A stretch of 64,000 nucleotides of DNA from an uncultured bacterium (GTDB lineage: Bacteria; Planctomycetota; UBA1135; GCA-002686595): positions 529,817 through 593,816 of the forward strand of contig CALSNU010000006.1 in assembly GCA_943787795.1 (NCBI GenBank), read 5' to 3'. A program made the position numbers and the translations under genes. Below are positions 45,297-53,584 of the stretch, piece by piece. How positions within the stretch are numbered: position 1 is the stretch's first letter; each line of letters opens with the position of its first letter. The notes under the pieces are model-generated. The model worked only from the letters and a program-made list of their open reading frames with translations, did not search any database and was not told the DNA's origin.

Positions 45297-45677
45297 ATGC
45301 CCAATTGCGCTTCGCCCGAGTCCACCGTCCAGCTCTACATCGACGGCGTGAGAACCGGCAGTCGAGAGGCTCTTGAGACCGCCTTCCACGCCGACGCACG
45401 TATGTTTGGCGCCCTCGCCGGCCAGCGGGTGGACGTCGCCGTATCAGAGCTGGTGGCGATGGTGGCCGCCCAGCCCGCCGATGTGGACGGGACCTTCAAG
45501 GCGACGATCCGCTCGATCGAGACCCACGGTGACGTCGCGGTTGCGGTGGTGGACGAGGAGAACTTCTGGGGCGCAGTGGGCTTCACGGACATCTTCACCC
45601 TCTCTCTCATCGAGGGCTCCTGGCAGATCGTCTCCAAGACCTTCCATCACACGGGCGGACTGCCCCCCGGCGCCTGA
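45297..45677 (+). CDS. NTF2/SnoaL-like (lumazine-binding-like) protein
   Basis: YIDG..G...L..AFH.DARM, GDVA, FTDIF.L...GSWQIVSKTF. Confidence 0.85.
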   Translation: MPNCASPESTVQLYIDGVRTGSREALETAFHADARMFGALAGQRVDVAVSELVAMVAAQPADVDGTFKATIRSIETHGDVAVAVVDEENFWGAVGFTDIFTLSLIEGSWQIVSKTFHHTGGLPPGA

Positions 45678-45700
45678 GGGCTGCGGGCCCGCAGCCCTCA
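45675..45700. terminator. 26-bp perfect palindrome between convergent genes (candidate bidirectional terminator)
   Basis: TGAGGGCTGCGGG|CCCGCAGCCCTCA, beginning at the TGA of 45297..45677. Confidence 0.6.
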
Positions 45701-45776
45701 TCCAGGGTCGAGGGCGGGCCCACGGTCCACGGTTGGGCTGCGCCGAGGAGGGACGCCCCGCCGAGGATTGGGCGAC

Positions 45777-46607
45777 TCAGGTCTCCAGCTTCTTGCCCCA
45801 GCCGCTCTGCGTTGAGCGCTGAAGTACACGCCGCAGCTCGACCAACTCGGAGGTCCGCCGCCTCACGGACCGCTCCATGAGGTCCAGCTCCCCCCGCAGC
45901 CGCTCGAGGGCGGACACCTGGCGCCGAAGACCCTTGAGGGCCTCCGCGGGGAGCTCCTCCTTGGTCTCGACGCCGTGCTTGCCCATCGCCTCCGCGAGCG
46001 CCTCGCCCGCCACCTTGGACCACTGGCCGAAGCGGACGCGAGCATCGCCCAGCTGGGCCTGCTGGCGCTTCAACTCCGCCTCCGCAACTTCAAGCGCGCT
46101 CTCTCCAGGCGCCGGCTCGTTCCCTGGAGAGCAGTCTGCGGGGCAGAGATCATCCGGAGTGGAGCGCAGAGAGACCGCAGCCGGAGCGGGCCGGACAGCA
46201 TCCACCTCCTTCAGCTTCGGTCCGTCGAGGGGGGGCGGCCCGGGGATCATCGGCTGATCACTCGAGTCACTCGCAGTCCCGGAGCCCTCCAGGCGCTTGG
46301 GAGACGGGCGCTGCGGCCCCACAGGGCCTGGCAGGGCAGGGACCATCGGCTTCTCGGCCCTGTCCGCCGCCGTCCCTCTTCCCACCGGGCTCTTCTCGGG
46401 CGTCTTCTGCCCCTTGGACCCCTCGCCGTCCTTGGGCTGCCCAAGGTCCTCTGCATGGGAGAACTCCTGGAACCGGCTCGGGGTACGCATGGGCTCTCGC
46501 TTGGCATCTCGCCTCCAGCGAACCAGGCGTCCGAGCAGGATCATGGCGAGCCCCGCCACCCCGATGCCAGCGATGGTGTAGACCGCGGTCCATTCCAGTG
46601 AACTCAA
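45777..46607 (-). CDS. Hypothetical protein: N-terminal TM anchor, Pro-rich linker, C-terminal coiled coil
   Basis: TTG start with GGAGG 6 nt upstream; WTAVYTIAGIGVAGLAMILLG; heptad-rich C-terminus. Confidence 0.55.
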   Translation of the reverse strand: MSSLEWTAVYTIAGIGVAGLAMILLGRLVRWRRDAKREPMRTPSRFQEFSHAEDLGQPKDGEGSKGQKTPEKSPVGRGTAADRAEKPMVPALPGPVGPQRPSPKRLEGSGTASDSSDQPMIPGPPPLDGPKLKEVDAVRPAPAAVSLRSTPDDLCPADCSPGNEPAPGESALEVAEAELKRQQAQLGDARVRFGQWSKVAGEALAEAMGKHGVETKEELPAEALKGLRRQVSALERLRGELDLMERSVRRRTSELVELRRVLQRSTQSGWGKKLET

Positions 46608-47494
46608 CGCGAGCCTCCATGGGAACGAAGGGTCCGCGGGAGGACCTGGTGCGCGGATCGGGTCCCTCGACGGAGAGCGCTACCGGCGCTGGGCGCGAGG
46701 TCGGGAAGAAGGCCTTTGGCCTCGGGAAGTCGTCTCGCAGCCCATGGCTGACGAGGGAAGATGGTGGGCAGAGAGCCCCTGGAGGTGAGGTTCACGAGTC
46801 GACAGATGCGAGAGGAGTCGCGAGTACGGGCAGGCACGTCTCCGGCTCCTTTGTCTATCGAGAGCCGAACCTGGGCAACCTGACTGGGGACGTGCCGATT
46901 CCTTCCTAGGAAATTCCCTCAACCGGCCCTGCGTGAGTCCTGCCCCGAGTGCGACGGAGGGCAGCTTCGACACGACCGGGCCTCACAATGGGCGAGACAG
47001 CCTCGCGCCCCCCTCCAAGGAACGCGTCACGCCACCCGCGTCATTGCCAGAGGCAACGCTCCCTCGACGCGTCCCCGGTCCGGGACTGCCAGGGGCGGCG
47101 ACGCCGTCGCTGCGCGGCTTCTCAAGCGGCAACTCGCCCAGGGCCGCCATCCGTGGGCCCCAAGGCGGCGAGTCCACCGGGCCGCCGGGCTCCCCTCAAC
47201 CCCTCGTCGGCGCCCCGAGGTCTCGGCCGCGCCACGAGATCTCGGCGGCGAGATCACATCAACGCCGCTGGAGGCAAGGACCGCACCGGCGCCGCCGCCC
47301 GAGTCGGAGGACGCGAGTCGAAGGACGCGGGGCGGAGGACGCGGGCGGCGGGCTGCTCGCGGCTGCCGATGAAGGGGACCCGCGCAGGGGGCCATTCAAG
47401 GAGGACCGTGAGAGCCCGTCCATCGTAGGGCGGCGCGAGCAAGCCCCCCCTCGAAGACGAACCTGTCTTCCGTGGTTCGCGAACCAGCGCCAGG

Positions 47495-47869
47495 TCAGAG
47501 CGTGAGCGACAGGAGGGTTCCGCTCATGGCAAGCATGAGCGCAGCGGGCAGCGACTTGATCGGCGGATCGTTCACCTTGACGTGCATCGCAAGCGCCCCG
47601 AGCATCAGCAGCACGAGGACCGAGGCCGCGGGCATGAGCAGCTCGGGAAGCCAGATCCCGGCGATCAGCCCGACCGCGCAGCCGATCTTGAGCCCGCCGA
47701 CCAGGAAGAAGAACCATGTCGGCAGCCCGTAGGCGGTGAACTCCTGGCGGAGAGACGTGGAGTCCCCGCCCCGGTATCCCGTGGCGCTCCCGGCACGAAG
47801 CAGCCAGACGTTGAGGAGGCCGAGTCCGAGGACGACTTGAAGCACGAGAGGGAGGTTCAGATCAGGCAT
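47495..47869 (-). CDS. DoxX-family membrane protein
   Basis: LLNVWLLR..YRGG....EF..YGLP, LMLGALAMH.KV.DP. Confidence 0.85.
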   Translation of the reverse strand: MPDLNLPLVLQVVLGLGLLNVWLLRAGSATGYRGGDSTSLRQEFTAYGLPTWFFFLVGGLKIGCAVGLIAGIWLPELLMPAASVLVLLMLGALAMHVKVNDPPIKSLPAALMLAMSGTLLSLTL

Positions 47870-47918
47870 GACGGATGAGGGTTGTTGGTGTGCGGAGTGA
47901 ACGGCCAGGGTGTCGGGG

Positions 47919-48299
47919 TCACCGGCGGCCCGTGGCGACGAGGGCCTTGAGCGCGGTGAAGTCAGCGAGGGCGATGAGGTTGAGGGCGACCATGATCAGC
48001 GCGGGGACCACCCCGGGCGGGAACATCGTCAGGTTGAAGGCCGCGATCCCGAGGGTGATCGGCAGCTGAACGAGCGCGCCAAGGAAGCGCCAGCGCGGGA
48101 CGAGCAGCATGACACCCGTGACAAGGTGCCCAAGAACGACCCACACAAAAAGGCCCCCGTCCCGCATCAGCCGCCACATCTCGACGCCGAGGTCGTCGCC
48201 GCCCACGGGCGGCTCGATGACCTGCAGCACGTGGTTGGCCGCCGACCCCAGGAGAGGGATCGAGAGACCCGTGCAGGCGAGGGCTCGTACCCGGCTCAT
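47919..48299 (-). CDS. DoxX-like membrane protein
   Basis: Four hydrophobic segments; GVMLLVPRW..LGALVQLPITL. Confidence 0.7.
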   Translation of the reverse strand: MSRVRALACTGLSIPLLGSAANHVLQVIEPPVGGDDLGVEMWRLMRDGGLFVWVVLGHLVTGVMLLVPRWRFLGALVQLPITLGIAAFNLTMFPPGVVPALIMVALNLIALADFTALKALVATGRR

Positions 48300-48366
48300 G
48301 AGCCGACCACCAGGGACGATGAGTCCGGTGCACCGCTTCGGCGCGGCATCGTGAGAGGGTCGCGCG

Positions 48367-48723
48367 TCAAGGCTGAAGGAGCCCCCCGGCCGCGCGGTAG
48401 GCGAGGAACCCGTTCCCCACCATCAACAGGAGCGCAGGGCTCATCTGCAAGAAGGAGTCCCGGACCCGGATCCGAGCGAGCAGCGCGAAGAACATCAGCA
48501 GCGCGAGGCCCCCGGCAGCGAACGGTAAGAGCGCGGGGAGCTGGTAGCTCACCACGAGCCCGAGCCCCCCGAGGATCTCCAGCGACCCCGTCAGCACACG
48601 AAACCTGGCGACGCCAAAGCGCTCGAACTCGGAGGCCATCGCCGTCGGGTGGAGGCACATCCCCCCGTAGCCGAGGAAGACGATCGCGGACACGACCCAG
48701 CAGGCTTGGAGGAAGAGGTCCAT
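48367..48723 (-). CDS. DoxX-like membrane protein
   Basis: ATG 48723; EFERFG...R.LTGSLEILGGLGL, LLM..A...R.RVRD. Confidence 0.8.
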   Translation of the reverse strand: MDLFLQACWVVSAIVFLGYGGMCLHPTAMASEFERFGVARFRVLTGSLEILGGLGLVVSYQLPALLPFAAGGLALLMFFALLARIRVRDSFLQMSPALLLMVGNGFLAYRAAGGLLQP

Positions 48724-49088
48724 CACGGACTGTGGCGTTCGGACGCGAGCGGCCGCTGGATCCGCCTCGACGGGGGATCCGCGACAAATCTCCCAGCCCG
48801 AGGCCAGGTCGGCGCGGCCAGAGGCTTCCAAGACCAGCAGGACCGAGCCCCCCTACCCGGTCTCGCCCCAAGGTCTCGTCAGCTCCCTCCGGCTCCCCTG
48901 ACATCCCCGTCCCCTTTCCGCCCGTTGGCTCCCGCAACCCCCGTGGCACCCCCAGCCGGCCCTCGTGCCTCACGCCGCCCACTCAAGCTGCGCCTGCCCC
49001 CCCAGCAGCGCAGGGTCATCGCCACCGGATCGCGACCGTAGGGGCGAGCGCCACCCCGGCGTTCGACTCCGGTAGAGTGTTCGGCCCC

Positions 49089-50681
49089 ATGTCGCCTGAA
49101 CCGTCCCCCGAGCCCCACGCAGACGCCCAGGCTGACCTCAAAGCCAGGCGCGCCGACGACGACGCCGAGCGCGCCCGCCGCGCGGCTCAGGGCGCCGTCG
49201 CGGACCCGGCAGCGGTTCTGGCCCACGTGGAATGGCTCGAGACGCTCGCGGCCTCGGAGGAGTGCCTGTTCGATGTGGACGAGGCGACGCTCCTTCGCCT
49301 CCGTCAGGCCGCCGGCCGGATCGCCCTGCCCGATCGCCTCACGCGTCGGCGCCTCGCCAAGGCGCGCCGCGGCCAGGAGCGCCGCAAGGTCCGGGAGCAG
49401 GATGACCGCGCCCTTGAAGCCACCAGCAACCGGGCGCTGAAGCGGGCCCTCGCGTTCCCGACGGCGCCGAAGGAGCTGGCCATCACGGACGAACAGCGCG
49501 CCCTGCTGGAGCACCAGGCGCGCGAACGACCCAAGGAGGATCGCGGCCAGCTCAACGAGCCGCGCAGCTGCTACGTCTGCAAGGAGCCGTACACCGCGCT
49601 GCACCACCACTACGACTCCATGTGCGGCAGCTGCGCTGACATCAACTGGCTGAAGCGCACGGCCACGGCCGACCTGCGCGGACGCGTCGCGCTCGTCACC
49701 GGCTCACGGGTCAAGATCGGGTACGAGATCGTCCTGTTCCTGCTCCGCGCCGGCGCGCGGGTCATCGCCACCACCCGCTTCGCCTGCGACGCCGCCCGCC
49801 GGTACGAGTCAGAGCCAGACTTCGCCGATTGGCGCGACCGGCTCGACCTGCGCGCCCTCGACCTGCGCCACACGCCCACCGTGGAGGGGTTCTGCGCCGA
49901 GCTCCTCGAGTCCGAGGCGCGGCTGGACTTCCTGATCCACAACGCCTGTCAGACCGTGCGGCGGCCACCCGATTACTACCGGGACATGGCGGCGCGCGAG
50001 AACCCCGCCGAGCTCCCGGAGCGGCTGCAGGCGCTCCTGGGTGAGCCCACCGCCGAGCGCGCTCTGGCGCTCCACCGGACCCCGAGCAACGTCGCGCAGC
50101 TCAGCCAGATGGATCTCCTGGGTGAGGGCGACCAGGGGCATCTGTTCCCCGAAGGCCTCACCGACGGCGAGGGGCAGCAGCTGGACCTGCGCCCCTCCAA
50201 CTCCTGGCGACTGCAGCTCGACGAGGTGCCGACCGTCGAGATGCTGGAGGTCCAGCTGGTGAACTCCATCGCACCCTTCGTGCTCAACAGCCGCCTCAAG
50301 CCCCTGATGCTCGCGGTGGAGACCCACGACAAGCACATCGTCAACGTCTCGGCGATGGAGGGGCAGTTCAACCGCGCCCTCAAGACCACGCGCCACCCCC
50401 ACACCAACATGGCCAAGGCGGCGCTGAACATGATGACGCGCACCTCCGCCGCGGACTACGTCAAGGACGGCATCCACATGAACAGCGTGGACACCGGCTG
50501 GGTCACCGACGAGGACCAGCTGGAGCGAGCCACCGAGAAGGAGGTGGCCCAGCGCTTCGCCCCGCCCCTGGACTCGGTCGACGGCGCCGCCCGCTGCGTC
50601 GACCCGATCTTTGTGGGCTTCAACACCGGGCACCACTGCTGGGGCCAGTTCCTGAAGGACTACGGCCCGACGGACTGGTAG
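49089..50681 (+). CDS. Extended SDR-family oxidoreductase with N-terminal Cys/His Zn-finger-like segment
   Basis: ATG 49089. CYVCK..YTALHHHYDSMCGSC, VALVTGSRVKIG, LIHNACQT, IVNVSAMEG, HTNMAKAALNM, VDTGW. Confidence 0.88.
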   Translation: MSPEPSPEPHADAQADLKARRADDDAERARRAAQGAVADPAAVLAHVEWLETLAASEECLFDVDEATLLRLRQAAGRIALPDRLTRRRLAKARRGQERRKVREQDDRALEATSNRALKRALAFPTAPKELAITDEQRALLEHQARERPKEDRGQLNEPRSCYVCKEPYTALHHHYDSMCGSCADINWLKRTATADLRGRVALVTGSRVKIGYEIVLFLLRAGARVIATTRFACDAARRYESEPDFADWRDRLDLRALDLRHTPTVEGFCAELLESEARLDFLIHNACQTVRRPPDYYRDMAARENPAELPERLQALLGEPTAERALALHRTPSNVAQLSQMDLLGEGDQGHLFPEGLTDGEGQQLDLRPSNSWRLQLDEVPTVEMLEVQLVNSIAPFVLNSRLKPLMLAVETHDKHIVNVSAMEGQFNRALKTTRHPHTNMAKAALNMMTRTSAADYVKDGIHMNSVDTGWVTDEDQLERATEKEVAQRFAPPLDSVDGAARCVDPIFVGFNTGHHCWGQFLKDYGPTDW

Positions 50682-50706
50682 ACCGGCCGAGCGCCTGCCC
50701 GCCCCG

Positions 50707-50780
50707 CGGCTGGCCCTACGGCTGGCCCCACGGCTGGCCCCACGGCTGGCCCCACGGCTGGCCCTACGGCTGGCCCTACG
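50707..50780. repeat. 12-bp tandem repeat (cggctggcccya) x6
   Basis: Units at 50707 to 50767 in steps of 12. Confidence 0.9.
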
Positions 50781-50795
50781 CCGGGGACCCGTCCC

Positions 50796-51011
50796 CTACG
50801 CCAGGGACCCGTCGTCGGAGTCCACCACCTCACCCGCCAGCAACGCCGCGGCCACGCGGCGCTGGCGGGCCTCGCGAGCCGCGTCCTCCAAGCCCGGACG
50901 AACCGAGACCTCCGACGCTCCAAACGAGAGGCTCTCCAACCCCCACGCCGGCCGGGCGGTCACTCGGCCAAGGTGCATGTCACCGACGCAGAGGATTCGA
51001 ACCTGGGTCAT
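50796..51011 (-). pseudogene. N-terminal remnant (71 aa) of an SbcD/Mre11-like metallophosphoesterase
   Basis: RILCVGDMHLG and LLAGEVVD (decayed GDxxD); stops with no room for the remaining motifs. Confidence 0.6.
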
Positions 51012-51168
51012 CACCGGCCGCGGGGCAGCCCTCCCAAGGACGCGCCCCGCAGAAGGCGAAGGCAAGGATACCCAGCGCCGAGTGCGCTCTGCTCCGGCGG
51101 CGCCCCTGCCAGGCCCATGGGAGGGCGGCTCACGGGCGAGCGCGATGGCTTCCATGGGTCCCAGGCCC

Positions 51169-51174
51169 TAGCCT
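51169..51174 (+). promoter_or_regulatory. -10 box TAGCCT, 6 nt before ATG 51181
   Basis: Seen in sequence. Confidence 0.6.
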
Positions 51175-51180
51175 TGCCCC

Positions 51181-52824
51181 ATGCGCTCCATCTTCACCCT
51201 CGCCGCCGCGCTCCTCGCCCACGGTCTCGCGCTGGCCCAGTGTCCCCTCGAGGTGAAGGGATCGGGCGAAGACCAGCCGTTCCGGGTCACCGCCAGCGCT
51301 ACCGACCAGGTCCTGCTCGTGGACCTCATCCTGGACGATGAGTGGCACGCCTATGCCCGGGACGTCGGCGGCGGCCGCCCCGTGGAGCTCAGCGTCGACG
51401 CCGGCTGTGACTTTGCCGCGGCGGGCAGGGTCGGCCTGCCCGAGACAGAAGGCGCACGGCTGGAAGGCACCGTTCGCCTGCGCCTTCCACTGGAGCGCAC
51501 CGGCGAGGGTGACGAGCTGCGGGCGACCCTCTCGATCCAGGTGTGCGACGCGCTCGAGTGCCTCGTCCCCATGACGCTCACCCTGAGCGGAGAGGTGAAG
51601 CCACTGGGCGTCCTCCTCGTGGTCGCCGAGGCCGACGCTCGAGCCGAGCGCATCGCCGGCTGGCTCGTCGAGCGAGGCTTCGCCGTCGAAATGGCGACCT
51701 ACGCCGACGTGACCCTCGAAGCCTGCGACGCACACGACGTCGTGCTCGCGGACTCCAACGTCTTTCAGGCCCATGGCGTGGACCGCAAGACGATCCAGCG
51801 CTTCCCCCGTACCGCGACCCCCGTCGTGGCGGTGGGCTTCATCGGCACGGAGCTCGTCGAGGCCCACGGGGTGGCGATGACCAGCGGGTACATATGAATC
51901 TGCATGAACCACCAGGGCCACGGGGTGGCCCTCGACCATGCGATCTTCAACACACCCAACGCGGTCTCGTTCCCCGTCTCGGAGACGAAGGAGCGCGGAC
52001 CGAGCCAGGAAGGCCACACCTCGCCCCTCTATCCCGACGGCATGCCGGCCACCTACGGGGTGGTGGACTTCGAGGTCGACCAGCCGGACGGCTGGAACCC
52101 GACCCTGGTCTCCCACGAGGGCTTCTTCACCGACGTTCCCGGGTTCGAGAGCCTGGTCGAGGGCCAGAGCAGCAAGATGCTCGGCAGCCTCGCGCTGGCG
52201 CGGCAGGGCAGCTACTTCTACTGGGGCTACTCCATCGATCCCCAGAGGCTGACCGACCCCGCCGAGGACACCCTCGAGAACGTGGTGCGGTACATGGCGA
52301 CCAAGCGCGGCGAGCGGACGACTCCGTACGTCTGCAAGACTCGTCGGAGCCTCTGGGTCTACCTCGCGCTGAACCGGGAGTCTGGATACCTGCGCGGCAT
52401 CGAGGAGCACTTTCCCGGGTCGGTCCTCGAGGCGTCCCGAGAGGACTACGAGCCCACCCCGGCGGGCCTCGAGGCCTGGCTCGCGGAGAACCTCCCCTAT
52501 GTGTTCAGCGGCAAGGACGCGGCCCACCGCGGTGAGCGCTACAAGACCATCTACGAGGTCGACCTTGACGCCAGGACCCTCGGCACCCCCAACGCCGAGC
52601 GCGCGAGCCTGGAACGCTGGATCGAACTCGCGGCGAGCGACGATCCGAGCAGCGTCGAGCGCGCCGTCACGCTGCTCCGACGCTACGTCCACCCCGATAT
52701 CGCTCCGGAGACATGGGGCGAGGCTCCGCGGTGGTATGCCACCTGGCGGGATCGCCTCGTCTTCGTGGAGTCCGCGGGCTTCTGGTGGATGGAGGATCCG
52801 AGGCTCGCCGCTGTGCCCCGCTGA
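51181..52824 (+). CDS. Probable exported selenoprotein (547 aa, Sec at codon 239): signal peptide, DsbD-N-like domain, UxC motif domain
   Basis: ORFs 51181..51897 and 51904..52824 share a frame and are separated only by TGA 51895-51897 (GYI-TGA-IC). SECIS-like hairpin follows. WHAYA and QVCDALECLVP are DsbD-N-like. Confidence 0.75.
51898..51944 (+). promoter_or_regulatory. Bacterial SECIS-like hairpin directly 3' of the in-frame UGA
   Basis: Lower stem ATC(T)GCATG/CATGCGAT; upper stem AGGGCCAC/GTGGCCCT (51914-51921 / 51925-51932); G-rich apical loop 24 nt from the UGA. Confidence 0.7.
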
Positions 52825-52882
52825 TCGATACAGCTGTTCGACACAGCTGATCGACACCCTGATCGACACCCTGATCGACACC
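52821..52882. repeat. 12-13-bp tandem repeat (ctgatcgacacc) x5 starting on the TGA stop of 51181..52824
   Basis: Units at 52821, 52834, 52847, 52859, 52871. Confidence 0.85.
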
Positions 52883-53038
52883 GCTGAGTGACGTCGCCGA
52901 TGGACCTCCCTGCTGGGTCTCACCGACCGGGCGCGCGGCAAAGCCCACGCCAGGGCGGCACCTGCCCGACCAGGGGCTCATCAGACGCCCGCACCTGCAG
53001 CGCAGGCTCTGGACCGGGTGGTCGCCCTGCCGCCCCGC

Positions 53039-53281
53039 TCAGTAGTTGAAGAGGTCGCTCGCTCGAACGACCTCGCCGGCCGCCGCGCTGAGCGCCGCGC
53101 CGACCTTGGCCTTGGCCTTCGGCGTGAGGCGGCGCCCCTTGCACGCCCGCGCCACCATCTTGTGGGTCAGCTGCTCCGTCGAGGCCTCCACCAGGTCCTG
53201 GGGCTTGAGCCCGTGCCTGAACATCACCTCCACCAGGGGCTGAACCCCGAGGTTCCGCTCGATCTCTTCCTCTTCCGGCAT
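53039..53281 (-). CDS. Small basic hypothetical protein (80 aa), Cro/XRE-like helix pattern
   Basis: ATG 53281; ERNLGVQP..HGLK..DLV.ASTEQLTHKMV.RACKGRRLT...DLFNY; high-GC3 codons. Confidence 0.75.
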   Translation of the reverse strand: MPEEEEIERNLGVQPLVEVMFRHGLKPQDLVEASTEQLTHKMVARACKGRRLTPKAKAKVGAALSAAAGEVVRASDLFNY

Positions 53282-53431
53282 GGGCACAGGGTGACCTCCG
53301 GGCGGCCGCGCGGGGCGAGGATTCTCGCCCTGGCGGAGGGCCCGCCGCCGACTCTCGCCGACGGAGTCCCCTCCGAGCCCAGCACCGCTGCGCACAGCGG
53401 ACACTCGGGCCGTGGGCGGCCCCATCACCAT

Positions 53432-53540
53432 GGCACCGCGTCCGCCCTGGCACAGCGTCCGCCCCGGCACAGCGTCCGCCCCGGCCCAGCGTCCGCCCCG
53501 GCCCAGCGCGGCCCCTGCCCAGCGCAGCCCCTGCCCAGCG
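53432..53540. repeat. 16-17-bp tandem repeat (ggcmcagcgtccgcccc) x~6 in a divergent intergenic region
   Basis: Units at 53432, 53449, 53466, 53483, 53500, 53516. Confidence 0.8.
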
Positions 53541-53584
53541 ACATCCACCTCGGCCCATGTTCAGCCACGCGATAGGCTAAGGGG

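Noticed and set aside
47870..48366. UGA read-through at other TGA-ending genes (DoxX cluster, amt-glnK, cyclase-sulfatase, transglutaminase-ferredoxin)
   Set aside because: The downstream genes are in different frames.
51181..51897. Two separate genes at 51181..51897 and 51904..52824
   Set aside because: Same frame, single TGA, adjacent Cys, SECIS-like hairpin and no RBS for the second ORF favour one read-through gene. Retained only as the alternative.
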